From positions 544,001-608,000 of the forward strand of contig CAVZJB010000005.1 of assembly GCA_963775425.1 (NCBI GenBank): a stretch of DNA of 64,000 nucleotides, read 5' to 3'. The translations under genes and the position numbers were made by a program. This document shows positions 36,226 to 46,573 of this stretch, piece by piece. Within the stretch, counting starts at the first letter, position 1. The number at the start of each line of letters is the position of its first letter. Origin of the DNA: an uncultured delta proteobacterium. Lineage in GTDB: Bacteria > Myxococcota > UBA727 > VGSZ01. Under the pieces are notes generated by a model that saw nothing but the letters and a program-made list of their open reading frames with translations, was not told the origin of the DNA and did no database searches.

Positions 36226-39200
36226 AGTCCGGGCCCCGAGTAGACGCCGTCTTCGTTGACGTCGAGGATGAAGGGGTTGGTGAAGCCGTACGAGATGCCG
36301 CCGGGCGTCACCGCGTAGAAGGCGAACGTGGGGTCGCTCCGGTCGGGCGGCGCCGGGTTCAGCAGGGGGCCGATGGCCGGGCGGTCGACGCTGGCGTTGG
36401 CGCCGTAGTTGTCGTGGCACGGCTCCGGTCCGTCGAGGCCGGCGGAGTCCGTGGCGTCGACCTTGCCGTCGCCGTTTCGGTCGACGTCCCTGTAGTCGAT
36501 GACCCCGTCGCCGTTGTTGTCGGTGGTGTCGGGGACGGCGTCGCAGTCGAGGTCGCCCGTGGCCGGCAGCGGGTCGCCGGCCTCGACGACGATGAACGCG
36601 TCCCGGCGCCCCGACGGCAGCAGCGTGGACAGCGGGATGTCCCTCTCGAAGCGCACCGCGTCCACGGTGGCGAAGGGATCCGTCGGCTGGTCGATGTCGT
36701 CACCCGAGAACACCAGCACCTGGTCGCCGCCGCCGTTCACGAGCACGCGCACCTCGCGCACGGGCACCCACGGCGCCGCGTGCACCTTCACGTGCAGCAC
36801 CGCGTCTGCCTCGGGCACCACCGGGTCGCGCCCGGGCCTGAGGATGGCGGTGCCGTTGTGCAGCTCCGCCTCGACGATGGGTCCGTCGGTGCCGATCATG
36901 TGGCCCGCGCGGACGTCGGCGTTGAACGTGGCGAGGTCGAAGTCGTCGTGGGTGGTCTGCGTGAACACGATGTTGCGCGGCGTGCCGAGCACGTTGTCGG
37001 TGAGCGAGTGGCTGTCGCTGTTGGCCGTGCCCGCGCGCACGATGCCCTGCTTGAGCTCCCACAGCCACAGCGCGCGATACGCGAGCATGAGCTCCGCGTT
37101 GGTGCCGTTCACCACCTCCTGCGCGTCGAAGTCGGCGTTGGAGAACGCGCTGCCCGCGGGCGTGTTGAAGAACAAGCCGGGACCCGTGCCGTCGAACACC
37201 CGCGGCACCTCGCGATCGAGGCGCAGCCCGATGGCGCGGGGGAAGCCGAGGTCACGCCCGAACTCGAGGTTGGCCCACGGGTGCGGGAGCTGGATGACGC
37301 CGTTTTGCACGTCGTAGCCGCGGGCGGCCGCGCGCGAAAACAGCGCGCCCGGCTCCACGCCCTCGTCGTCGGGGGCGCCCTTGCGCGGCGCCTCGTCGTC
37401 GAAGGGCAGGGGCCACATGATCCAGTGGCCGATGACCTGCGGGAAGTAGACGCTCGGGTTGAGCTTGAACAAGCGCTGGCCCGTGGTCTCCACGCCCGTG
37501 ACGAGCGTGATGCGATCGTCGGCGTGGAGCGCGTCGATGGCGGCCTTGTAGTCCCACAGCGCGTCGTGGTCGGTGGCGATGATGACGTCGATGCCGGCGG
37601 CGAGGAACGCCTCGACGCGATCGATGTCGGGGATGGTGGAGTCGAAGGACTTGGCGCCGTGGACGTGGAAGTCGCCGCTCAACGTCCCCGGCGGCGGCGC
37701 GATGCGCCCGAGGTTGAACGTGAGCTCCTGCGACGAGCCCGAGGTCACGTCCACGGTCTTTTTCTGCACGGACGCGAACATGCCGGCGGTGGCGTAGAGG
37801 TCGTAGGTGCCCGGCGGCAGGTCCACGGTGACCGGCCCGTCGATGAGCACCCGGTTGCACGCGGGCGAGGGGCCGAAGGGGTTGCCGAGGAGGGGCGCGC
37901 AGTCGGGGCCGGTGCGGAAGTACTTCTGCGTCACCTTGCTCGCGGTGTCGTCGTCGCCGGGGAGCACGAACACCTGCGCGTGGTCGGCGACGCCGTCGAT
38001 GTCGACGTTCAACGTGAGGTCGCCGGCGGCGGTGGCGTGGAGCTCACCGACGTCGACGCTGCCCTCGCCGACGTCCTTTTGCACGACGCTGGAGGTGTCG
38101 CCGAAGGCGACCACCTCGAAGACGTAGGTGCGGTCGGCGGGGACGTCGGCGGTGAACTTGCCGTCGCCGTCGGGCACCACCTCGGTCCACGGGATGAGCG
38201 CGTCGCGCGGCTCGTCGAGCGTGCCCTCGTAGATCTGCACCGACGCGCGGATGTGCTCTCCGAGGGCGTCGGCGCGGCCGCCGTCGAGCGCGACGGTGCC
38301 GCCGACGGTGGCGAAGGCCTCGCCGAAGAGCTGCTTTCTGAGCTGAAGCGCGAGGTCGACGCCGGGCTGCGCGCCCGTACCCGGCGCCACGCCGAGGAAG
38401 CGCTCGTAGATCTCGTAGTCGCTCGGGGCCACGATGCGGCGCTTGGTGCCGTTGGCCGAGACCTGCCCGCTCTCGAAGCCGGAGAGCGACGGCACGTTGC
38501 AGCCGACGACGGCCAGGGCGCTCGCGGGGTCGGAGTGGCCGGCGCCGACGACGAACGGCATGTCGCGGAAGACGTCGTTCAGCGTGGAGAGGCCGAAGGA
38601 CGGGTGGAAGTAGCCTTCGCCCGGCGTGGGCGTGAACGGCATCATCGAGCGGCCGCCCCACCAGTAGCCGTCGGCGTTGCTCCACACCACGGTGTCGTCG
38701 CCGTCGTTGACCATCTCGGTGCGCACGCGCAGCCCGGGCTCGCACGCGCGCAGCTCGTAGCGCGTGTAGACCCGCTGCCGCGTGTCGCCCTGGAGGTGGC
38801 CCTCGAACTGCAGCGCGACCAGGCCCGTCCCGCCGTCGAGGACGCGGACCTTTTCGTAGACGACGGCGTCTTCGGGCAGCGCGCCCACGGCCTGGAAGAT
38901 GTGGTTGACGGCGTCGTCGTCGCGGTCGCGGTCGGCGAGGTCGAGGACGGCGCCGCCGGTGGGGGCGAGGTCGGTGGGGTGATCGAGCGCGTCGATGACG
39001 GCCTGGACCTTGGAGTTTTGCAGGAGGAAGTCGCCGACGGCGCCCATGGCGTCGAGGCCGCCCGGCACCTCGTCGGCGCTGGAGATGACCTTCAGCTCGA
39101 CGGTGGGGTCGGCGCACTGAAACGCGAGCTGCTGGCAGGGCGACGGGACCTCGCAGCCGTCTTCGCCCGCGAGGCATCCCTCCTTCCCACAGCCCGCCGA

Positions 39201-39275
39201 CAGCGCCGCGACCGGTGCGAGCGCGACGAAGACAGCGACACCGACGACGGACTCGAGTGCGACGACCAAGCGCAT
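36222..39275 (-). CDS. CehA/McbA-like PHP-fold metallohydrolase lipoprotein
   Basis: Lipobox SAGC; SGDFHVHG, IATDHD, GHW, PHPW, ANSDSH; DxNGDG Ca-binding loops. Confidence 0.8.
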   Translation of the reverse strand: MRLVVALESVVGVAVFVALAPVAALSAGCGKEGCLAGEDGCEVPSPCQQLAFQCADPTVELKVISSADEVPGGLDAMGAVGDFLLQNSKVQAVIDALDHPTDLAPTGGAVLDLADRDRDDDAVNHIFQAVGALPEDAVVYEKVRVLDGGTGLVALQFEGHLQGDTRQRVYTRYELRACEPGLRVRTEMVNDGDDTVVWSNADGYWWGGRSMMPFTPTPGEGYFHPSFGLSTLNDVFRDMPFVVGAGHSDPASALAVVGCNVPSLSGFESGQVSANGTKRRIVAPSDYEIYERFLGVAPGTGAQPGVDLALQLRKQLFGEAFATVGGTVALDGGRADALGEHIRASVQIYEGTLDEPRDALIPWTEVVPDGDGKFTADVPADRTYVFEVVAFGDTSSVVQKDVGEGSVDVGELHATAAGDLTLNVDIDGVADHAQVFVLPGDDDTASKVTQKYFRTGPDCAPLLGNPFGPSPACNRVLIDGPVTVDLPPGTYDLYATAGMFASVQKKTVDVTSGSSQELTFNLGRIAPPPGTLSGDFHVHGAKSFDSTIPDIDRVEAFLAAGIDVIIATDHDALWDYKAAIDALHADDRITLVTGVETTGQRLFKLNPSVYFPQVIGHWIMWPLPFDDEAPRKGAPDDEGVEPGALFSRAAARGYDVQNGVIQLPHPWANLEFGRDLGFPRAIGLRLDREVPRVFDGTGPGLFFNTPAGSAFSNADFDAQEVVNGTNAELMLAYRALWLWELKQGIVRAGTANSDSHSLTDNVLGTPRNIVFTQTTHDDFDLATFNADVRAGHMIGTDGPIVEAELHNGTAILRPGRDPVVPEADAVLHVKVHAAPWVPVREVRVLVNGGGDQVLVFSGDDIDQPTDPFATVDAVRFERDIPLSTLLPSGRRDAFIVVEAGDPLPATGDLDCDAVPDTTDNNGDGVIDYRDVDRNGDGKVDATDSAGLDGPEPCHDNYGANASVDRPAIGPLLNPAPPDRSDPTFAFYAVTPGGISYGFTNPFILDVNEDGVYSGPGL

Positions 39276-39377
39276 GGGCGCGACTCTACTCCGAAGCCGC
39301 TCGCGGTGCGCCCAGCTCCCGGTGCACCGCCCACCCGGCGTCACCCGGCGTGGGCCCCGCTCACCGCTGGAGACCTC

Positions 39378-40379
39378 CTAGCGGAGGAGGCGGGGGCGCA
39401 ACGACACCTCGCCGTCCTGCACCGTGACCTCGAAGCGCACGCCCTTGCACTGGTGGGCGGAGATCAGGCGCTCGCACTCGCCCTCGATGGTCTGCGCGAA
39501 GGCGTCGAGGTCGAGGTCCGCGATGTTCTCGTCGTGGGACTTCTTGGCCGCGACAAACTCCTGGAAGAGCGCCTCGAGCTCGGTGCGCGACGGCACCTGC
39601 GGCAGCGCCTCCTCATCCGACTCCGACGGCGCTTCCGACGACGCTTCCGACGACGCTTCCGACGACGCTTCAGACGACGACTCCGACGACGACTCCGACG
39701 ACGACGCCGCCCCCGCGGGGATGTCGCTGCGCGGGGCCTCGTCGATGGAGGTGTCGTTGTTGGGGGCGCCGGACACGGGCGCCACCTCGCGCGCCACCGC
39801 GGCGGCGGGCGTGTGGCCGTTGCCGGAGGCGGCTTCGGGGGGCTGGCTCTGGGCGCGCGCCTGCGCCACCGCGCGCGCCTCGGACATGATCTCCCCCATC
39901 GTCACCTTCTGCGGCGGCTCCGCCTTCTTCATCACGCGCACGGGGCCGATCTCGGGGTGGTCGGACAGCTCCAGGTCCGCCGGCTCCGGCGGCCGCTCCG
40001 GCTTCGGCCGCGGCCGGAACATCGGGTGCGGCTGCGACTTCACGGGGCCGAGGTTCGGGTCCTCGTGCTCGGTCATCGACGCGGCCACCTCGTTCATGGC
40101 GCGCGCGACCTCGGCGAGGCCGGCGAACTCGTCCGGGTTCACGCGCTGGTGGCGCTCGCCGCGCGCCAGCGCCCGCAGCGCCTCGACGAGCAGGTCCACG
40201 CGCTTCACGGTGGGGCCCAGCATGAGCCCGACGACGATGGCGAGCGCGCAGGCGAGGCCGGCGTCGACGAGCAGCCGCGCGGGATCTCCGTGAAGCACGA
40301 AGTAGCCCGCGATGGCGGCGATGGCCGTCGCGGCGATCACGGCGATCAGCATCGCGTTGCGAAGGGATGCCATGGGCAT
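39378..40379 (-). CDS. Membrane protein with HAMP domain and MXAN_5187-like C-terminal domain
   Basis: Two TM helices, HAMP (DEFAGLAEVARAMNEV), disordered linker, LFQEFVAAKK...F...VRFEVTVQDGEVSLRPR. Confidence 0.75.
   Translation of the reverse strand: MPMASLRNAMLIAVIAATAIAAIAGYFVLHGDPARLLVDAGLACALAIVVGLMLGPTVKRVDLLVEALRALARGERHQRVNPDEFAGLAEVARAMNEVAASMTEHEDPNLGPVKSQPHPMFRPRPKPERPPEPADLELSDHPEIGPVRVMKKAEPPQKVTMGEIMSEARAVAQARAQSQPPEAASGNGHTPAAAVAREVAPVSGAPNNDTSIDEAPRSDIPAGAASSSESSSESSSEASSEASSEASSEAPSESDEEALPQVPSRTELEALFQEFVAAKKSHDENIADLDLDAFAQTIEGECERLISAHQCKGVRFEVTVQDGEVSLRPRLLR
39625..39705 (-). repeat. 12-bp coding tandem repeat (SSES/ASSE)
   Basis: GACGACGCTTCC/GACGACGACTCC units on the + strand. 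Confidence 0.75.
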
Positions 40380-40434
40380 TCGTCTATCACGCGCGGCGCA
40401 CGGGACGAAAATCACAGGCGGGCAAGCCGCCTGC

Positions 40435-41040
40435 CTACCGCGCCGCCCACGCCTGCGCCGCCGCCTTCGCCTTCTCCTTGGCGTCGGGGCCGTCGAACCT
40501 CGCTCCGCTTCGGGCCTCCACCGCGCGCAGCGCCGCTTGCGAGACCAACGGGTCGCTGTCGTCGAGCCCGCGCAACAGGAGCCCGGCCACGGGCGCCGGC
40601 GGGCCCGGGCGGAAGCCGGCCGCCTCCATCACGAGCGCGCGCACGCGCGGGTCGCGCGACATGAACAGGGCCTCGTAGTGGGCGACGCTGTTCTCCGGCG
40701 GGCTCGTCCGCGCCCGGTACTCCTCGACGGTGTTCGGCAACAAGAGGCCGAGGAACGCGATGCACGCGGCGAGCATGACGACGCTCGGACCCCGGAAGTA
40801 GCCCCGCCGGCGCGCGATCCTCCAGGCGTCGAGCGCCGCGAAGATGACGACGAGGGCGAACGCCGCCGGCGTCACCACCAGGACGATGGCCGGCAGCTTG
40901 TCGGCGCGCACCGCGGCCACCACGCGTGGCTGCAGGAAGAACGCCGCGGCGGCGCTCACGATGAGCGCCACGAGGATGGGCACGCGCAGCGGCGAGCGCA
41001 GCCCGCCCGCAGGCTTGTCCGCGGTGGCCGGGTCCGTCAT
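40435..41040 (-). CDS. Three-TM membrane protein with a HEAT-like C-terminus
   Basis: ATGA coupling to the kinase; DPRVRALVMEA, LDDSDPLVSQAA. Confidence 0.7.
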   Translation of the reverse strand: MTDPATADKPAGGLRSPLRVPILVALIVSAAAAFFLQPRVVAAVRADKLPAIVLVVTPAAFALVVIFAALDAWRIARRRGYFRGPSVVMLAACIAFLGLLLPNTVEEYRARTSPPENSVAHYEALFMSRDPRVRALVMEAAGFRPGPPAPVAGLLLRGLDDSDPLVSQAALRAVEARSGARFDGPDAKEKAKAAAQAWAAR

Positions 41041-43298
41041 ACGCCCTCGAAGATGCGCGCGGTCTCGGCGATGCGCAACAGCGTGTCCGCCGCACGCGCG
41101 GACATCGCCTGCTCGAACAGCACCATGACGTCGGGGGTCTCGGCCAGGACATCGGCGAGCGCGCCGCCGTCGATGGCGAGCAGCTCGACGTCGCCGATGG
41201 CGCGGACGCTGGCCGAGCGCGTGCCCTTCTTCAGGGCCGCCATCTCACCGAAGAGCTGCCCTTCGCGCAGCTTGTCGATGAAGACGGGAAAGCCGTCCTC
41301 GAGATGGAACACCTCGACCTCCCCGCCCATGACGAAGAACACCGCGCCCGCCTCTTCGCCCTCGTTCACGATCACCTGCTCGTCCTTGTAGCGAAGGATC
41401 TCGCTCTTCACGAGGAGGCGCCGGCGGGCCTCCGGGTTGAGCGCGCAGACGAGCGGATTGCGGGCGAGCAGGAGCTCGGCCACGCGCTCCTTGTAGAACT
41501 CCACGAGCGGCTCGCGGAAGCTGGCGTCGCCCATCAGCAGGCCGTCGAGGCTCTCCCGGTCGAGGCGGAGCAGGACGACGTCGGTGGCCGCCTCGACGGT
41601 CGCGCTGCGCGGGCTTCGCTTGAGGAGCGAGAACTCGCCGAAGAAGTCGCCCTCGGCGAGCGCCGCGACGTAGACGCGGGCGGACAGGGTGGTCGGGTTG
41701 CCCGGATCGTCGACGGCCTTGCAGTACACGAGCACCCGGCCGCGGCCGACGGCGTACAAGCAGTCTCCGGGCTCACCCTCCTCGAGGATCACGCTGCCGG
41801 CCGGCCGTTCTTCGACGACGGCGACGGCGGCGAGGCGCACGAAGTCCGGCAGCGTCACCCGGCCGAACAGCGGCGACGGGGAGCGCACGAGCGTCACGTC
41901 GGTGTGCTCGGCGCCGAGGCCGGCGGGGTCGGCCTCCTGCACGTGGTGGAAGAAGCCGGCCTTGTCGACGACGGAGATGACGTCGTTCAGGGCGTCCCGC
42001 TCGTGGGCCCGGAGGCCGGCGAGCCGCTCGAGGTCGGCGGTGAGCTCCGCCTCGGTCATGAGCGCCCGCATGCTGTGCAGCGCGCAGATGGCGGGGACGG
42101 AGAGCCCGCGGTGGGCGAAGATGGCGGCGGCGGTGCGGGCGGCGCTGAGCGCCTCCAGCGCCTCACCGAGCTCGGCGTGGCGCTCCGCGATGTCGACCAG
42201 CGTCCACAGGTTCTTCTCCTTGCGCAGCTCGAGGTGCAGCCGGCGCAGCTCGCTGTCGTCCGGGAGCGCGACGGTGACCCCGTCCTGCATGTGGGGGGCC
42301 GGGCTCCCGCGCACGCGCGGCTCGTCGGCGACGCCCTTCAGATCGAGCGACTCGAGGAAGCCCGCGAGGCGCTCGGGGTTGCAGGGCTGTGTCTTGAGGA
42401 AGGCGTCGAGGTCGGCGGCCATCTCCGCCGCGCTCGGGTAGCGGTCGCCGAGCTTGCGCGCGAGCGCGCGCAAGGTGATGCGGTCGAGCTCCGGCGGCAC
42501 CGACGAGCGCATCTCGGAGGGCCGGATGATGGGCGCCTCGAGCACGCGCGCCATGGTGTCGACGGGGTTTTCGCCGGCGAACAGGCGGCCGCCGACGAGC
42601 ATCTCCCACAGCACCACGCCGAGCGCCCACACGTCGCTGCGGCCGTCGAGGATCTCGCCGGTGGCCTGCTCCGGCGACATGTACGAGAACTTCCCCTTCA
42701 CCGTGCCGTGCAGCGTGCGCGTGAGCTTGTTGCGGGCGTCGGCGATGCCGAAGTCGCCGATCTTCACGACCCCGCTCCACCCGAGGAAGACGTTTTGTGG
42801 GCTGACGTCGCGGTGCACGATGCCCATGGGGCGGCCGCGCGTGTCCCTCAGCGCGTGCGCGTGCTGCAGGCCCTCCAGGGCCTCGTGCGCGATGTACGCG
42901 GCCGCCGGCGGGGGCAGCCCCTCGCCGCGCGCCTTCTGCGCGCGCAGCACGTCGACGAGGTCGCAGCCCTCCACGTACTCGAGGGCCATGAAGTAGGCGC
43001 CGTCGACCTGGCCGAAGTCGAAGAGGCGAACGATGTTTTCGTGCTCGAGGCCGATGGTGATGCGGGCCTCGTCGATGAACATGCTGACGAACTGGCGGCT
43101 CGTCGAGTAGCGCGGCAGGACGCGCTTGATCACGCACCGGCGCTCGATGCCTCCCTGCCGGGAGCGGGCGAGGAACACCTCGGCCATCCCGCCGACGGCG
43201 AGCAATTGCAGAAGCTCGTAGCGACCGAACGCCGCAGGCATCTCCGGCGCCGACGCCGGCGTGACCTTCCTGGGCCCGGAGAACTCGCTCGTCGACAC
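41037..43298 (-). CDS. Hanks-type Ser/Thr protein kinase with two cNMP-binding domains
   Basis: [26 protein letters not shown]; [15 protein letters not shown] and [15 protein letters not shown]; start 43298 or 43241. Confidence 0.93.
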   Translation of the reverse strand: MSTSEFSGPRKVTPASAPEMPAAFGRYELLQLLAVGGMAEVFLARSRQGGIERRCVIKRVLPRYSTSRQFVSMFIDEARITIGLEHENIVRLFDFGQVDGAYFMALEYVEGCDLVDVLRAQKARGEGLPPPAAAYIAHEALEGLQHAHALRDTRGRPMGIVHRDVSPQNVFLGWSGVVKIGDFGIADARNKLTRTLHGTVKGKFSYMSPEQATGEILDGRSDVWALGVVLWEMLVGGRLFAGENPVDTMARVLEAPIIRPSEMRSSVPPELDRITLRALARKLGDRYPSAAEMAADLDAFLKTQPCNPERLAGFLESLDLKGVADEPRVRGSPAPHMQDGVTVALPDDSELRRLHLELRKEKNLWTLVDIAERHAELGEALEALSAARTAAAIFAHRGLSVPAICALHSMRALMTEAELTADLERLAGLRAHERDALNDVISVVDKAGFFHHVQEADPAGLGAEHTDVTLVRSPSPLFGRVTLPDFVRLAAVAVVEERPAGSVILEEGEPGDCLYAVGRGRVLVYCKAVDDPGNPTTLSARVYVAALAEGDFFGEFSLLKRSPRSATVEAATDVVLLRLDRESLDGLLMGDASFREPLVEFYKERVAELLLARNPLVCALNPEARRRLLVKSEILRYKDEQVIVNEGEEAGAVFFVMGGEVEVFHLEDGFPVFIDKLREGQLFGEMAALKKGTRSASVRAIGDVELLAIDGGALADVLAETPDVMVLFEQAMSARAADTLLRIAETARIFEGV

Positions 43299-43335
43299 CG
43301 AAGTGTGCTACCTCTCAAGCGGGCGGAGCGCGCGC

Positions 43336-43935
43336 GTGATCCCGGGGTTCAACCACAACATCAAGCACAAGGGCCGCGTCTACCATATCCAGACCGAAGA
43401 CTCCGGCCCCAAGAACCCCCACATCATCACGCACCTCTTCGTCGGCGGGAATATCCTGGCCTCGAAGAAGACCGAGTACACCGACATCGTCGGCAAGCCG
43501 GACTACGAAAAGACGGTCCGCTCGATGATGGAGGAGCAGCACAAGCAGATGCTGCGCAACCTCGTGAACGGCGTGTACGACCAGATCAGCACCGCCAAGG
43601 CCTACCAGCTCGACGGGCCCGCCCCGATGAACTTCACGGCCACGTCGCCGAACACCAACGCCATGGCCGGCGCCGCCGCGTTCCAGGGGCTCCCGAGCCA
43701 GGCGGTGCCGGCCCCGCTCGACCTCACGCTCCCCGCGGGCGGCATCCCCGTCTCCGGGACGCCGCCCACGGGCAAGCCGGAGCCGGTCCCCGACGAGGTG
43801 GCCGCCGCTGCGGCCGAGGAACAGCCCCGGCAGCTGCCGGCCGGCACCATCTTCGGCGAGGACCTCATCTCGGAGAAGTCGCTCGACGAGGTCATCCTCT
43901 CCTACCTCGCCGAAGACCTCGCAGACTCGGAATAG
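43336..43935 (+). CDS. Conserved Myxococcota-type hypothetical protein
   Basis: GFNHNIKHKGRVYHIQTEDSG..NPHIITHLF.GGNI N-domain; C-terminal KSLDEVILSYL. Confidence 0.8.
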   Translation: MIPGFNHNIKHKGRVYHIQTEDSGPKNPHIITHLFVGGNILASKKTEYTDIVGKPDYEKTVRSMMEEQHKQMLRNLVNGVYDQISTAKAYQLDGPAPMNFTATSPNTNAMAGAAAFQGLPSQAVPAPLDLTLPAGGIPVSGTPPTGKPEPVPDEVAAAAAEEQPRQLPAGTIFGEDLISEKSLDEVILSYLAEDLADSE

Positions 43936-43948
43936 GGGGCCTCGTCCC

Positions 43949-45043
43949 TCACGGGTTGAGGGCGCTGCCCGCCATGCCGAGGAGCATGAGCACGGTGTCC
44001 TTGTCGAGGTCGGTGCCGAAGGCGGCCTGGGTGTCGTACGGGACGTACTTGCCCGTCGCGTCCTGCACCTCGAGGGTGACCTTGCCCTTGTTGTCCCACA
44101 GGATGTTGAGCTTGGAGTCGAGCGACACCTTGAGGGAGCCGACGTCGAGGAAGTCCTTGCCGTCGAAGTCCTTCACGGCGCCGTCGAGGGACGCCGACAG
44201 GAGCGCGTTCGGGATCTTGTCGTCGCCGATGTCGAGGTCCTTCAGCACCTCGAGGTTCGTGCGCAGCGCGATGGACGCGCCCTTCTTGCGATCGATCTGC
44301 ACGTTGAGGGCGTTGCCCTTCTGCAGGAGCACCTTGAGCGGAAGGGCGGCGGGGAAGTCCACCTTCTCGTCGCCGATGTCCTTGATGAGCGCGAGCGCGT
44401 CCACCGCGGGGACGCCGTCGACCTGCGCGGCGAAGTGGATGTTGTGCAGCCCGGTCTTTCTGATGTCGGCCTCGAGGTTCAGGCGCGCCTTGAAGTTCTT
44501 CGGGTGCCCCTTGCCGTCGACGTCGGGGTGGGCGCTGCCGCCGACCACGTCGAGGATCTTCTTGGTCTCCGAGCGCGTGGACTCGTACTCCACCTGCACC
44601 GACAGCTTGGCGCCGTGCCCGGCGATCTTCGCGCCGTCCGCGCCCTTCTTGGCGGTGCCGGCGACGACGGCGTAGCTGCGCACGTGGCCCCCGAGGAAGC
44701 TCAGCTTGTCGTTGCGCGACAGGACGCCGACGCCGACCTCCTGGGCCCCCTGCTCGGCGAGCGCCTGGAGCGCCTCGATGGGCCCCTTGTGCGGGTCGCC
44801 GGCCACGGCGGCGAACGCCTTCTGGTCGGCGGGGTTCATGGAGCCGTCGAAGAAGTCCGGCGCCGTGTGCGACCGCCCGATGGTCCCCCACGTCTGCGCG
44901 CGCGTGGCGTTGTCGACGCCCCCGAGGTCCTCGCGCAAGGCGTGGGCGGCGCGGCGCTGCGCGGCGAGGGTCTGCGCGAGGTCGGTGGGGACATGGACGT
45001 TGACGGGCACGAGACGCTCCTGATTTGTGGGTCCAGGTGGCAT
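43949..45043 (-). CDS. Hypothetical protein
   Basis: Strong GC3 codon bias, typical protein composition; start may be GTG about 45010 after AGGAG. Confidence 0.75.
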   Translation of the reverse strand: MPPGPTNQERLVPVNVHVPTDLAQTLAAQRRAAHALREDLGGVDNATRAQTWGTIGRSHTAPDFFDGSMNPADQKAFAAVAGDPHKGPIEALQALAEQGAQEVGVGVLSRNDKLSFLGGHVRSYAVVAGTAKKGADGAKIAGHGAKLSVQVEYESTRSETKKILDVVGGSAHPDVDGKGHPKNFKARLNLEADIRKTGLHNIHFAAQVDGVPAVDALALIKDIGDEKVDFPAALPLKVLLQKGNALNVQIDRKKGASIALRTNLEVLKDLDIGDDKIPNALLSASLDGAVKDFDGKDFLDVGSLKVSLDSKLNILWDNKGKVTLEVQDATGKYVPYDTQAAFGTDLDKDTVLMLLGMAGSALNP

Positions 45044-45112
45044 ATCGGCACACAGTTCTAGGTCGACCTGTCGATCCTCGTGATGCTCGTCACAGCGCGT
45101 CGGAGGGTCCGG

Positions 45113-46501
45113 CTACCGGTCGGCGGCGCGCGCCTCGAGCGCGCGCCAGTCGAGCTTGGCGCCGAGGCGCGCGAGCACCGAGTAGACGCCGAAGCGGATG
45201 CGCACGAGGAACAGGAGCTCGCCCGGCAGCCGCATCTTCATGAGCGCCCGCTTGTCGCGCATGACCTCGGCGAGGGTGGCGCGGAAGCCGACCTCCATCG
45301 GCCGCGCGCCGGGCGCCACGACCGGCAGGAAGAACGCGCGCGCGAGCTCGACGGCGACGCCGCGGTCGGGGACCTCGGCGCCGGCGTCGCGGAAGGCGGC
45401 GACGATGCCGTCGTCGTCGCCGTCGCGCACCGCGCGCGACATGCCCGCGACGGCGTGCACGTGGGCGGGGGTGAACGAGCGCACGCAGCCGTAGTCGAGG
45501 AAGACGACGGCGCCATCGTCGTGGAACAGCAGGTTGCCCGGGTGCGGGTCGGCGTTGAAGAAGCCGTGCTCGTAGAAGGTGCCGACGTAGAAGCGATAGA
45601 TGGCGCGGCCGGCCCGGTCGAGCGTGTCCTGCGCCGCGCGCGCGCGAAAGGCGTCGAACGACGCGCCCTCGTGCCAGGTGGTCGTGAGCACGCGCGCGCC
45701 GCAATACGCGCGGTGCACCGCGGGCACGGTGACGTCGTCGTCGCCCGCGTACAGCGCGGCGAAGCGCTCCTGGTGCTCTGCTTCGCTCACGTAGTCGCAC
45801 TCCTCGAGGAGCGTGCTCTCGGCCTCGGCGATGAGCGAGCTGACGTCGCCGCCGAGGAGCCGCGCGAGCTGCTTGCCGACGCTGGCGCCGCGGAAGTCGG
45901 CGCGGATGGCTCGCTCGATGTCGGGGTTTCGCACCTTCACGGCCACCGCCGTGGCGCCGCCGCGCGCGCGCCCGTCGTCGTCGACCCCCGCGGCGCCCTC
46001 GCCGGGGGAAGGGAGCGTGGCCCGGTGCACCTGACCGATCGACGCCGTCGACACCGGCATACGCTCGATCGTGGCGAGCAACGCGTCGGCGCGCGCGGCG
46101 GGGAGGTCTTCGCGGACGACGCGCTCGATCTCGGAAAACGGCGTCGGCTGCGACTGCGACTGCAGGATCGCGAGCTGCTTGCGCACGCCCTCGGGGATGG
46201 GCGCGTCGACGTAGCTCATGATCTGGCCGACCTTCATGGCCACGCCCTTGAGCTCACCCATGGAGAGCACCAGGCGCTCGACGGCCTTGTCGTCGAGCAG
46301 CTCGCCGCCCGTCAGCCGTCGCGCCGCCGCCCCCGCCGCCGCGCGCGCCGCCGTCGTCGCCGTCCGTCGGAATCGCCCGAACGTCGACGTCGGAACCGGT
46401 GCGCCCTCGCGCGCGCGCAGCAGCGACAGCAGGCGCAGCACCGCTGCGTCGTCGCCGCCTGCGTCCTCGTTGTCCTCGTCGTCGCCAGCGTCGTCCGTCA
46501 C
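45113..46501 (-). CDS. ABC1/UbiB/AarF atypical kinase
   Basis: MKVGQ, TASIGQVHRA, VAVKV, EECDY, NADPHPGN, LDYG. Confidence 0.9.
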   Translation of the reverse strand: MTDDAGDDEDNEDAGGDDAAVLRLLSLLRAREGAPVPTSTFGRFRRTATTAARAAAGAAARRLTGGELLDDKAVERLVLSMGELKGVAMKVGQIMSYVDAPIPEGVRKQLAILQSQSQPTPFSEIERVVREDLPAARADALLATIERMPVSTASIGQVHRATLPSPGEGAAGVDDDGRARGGATAVAVKVRNPDIERAIRADFRGASVGKQLARLLGGDVSSLIAEAESTLLEECDYVSEAEHQERFAALYAGDDDVTVPAVHRAYCGARVLTTTWHEGASFDAFRARAAQDTLDRAGRAIYRFYVGTFYEHGFFNADPHPGNLLFHDDGAVVFLDYGCVRSFTPAHVHAVAGMSRAVRDGDDDGIVAAFRDAGAEVPDRGVAVELARAFFLPVVAPGARPMEVGFRATLAEVMRDKRALMKMRLPGELLFLVRIRFGVYSVLARLGAKLDWRALEARAADR

Positions 46502-46573
46502 GGCACGAGAGTGGTCGGCCTCCGCCCTGCAGGCAATGACGTTCGTCGCGGATTCCGATCTTCCGGCGTCGGC

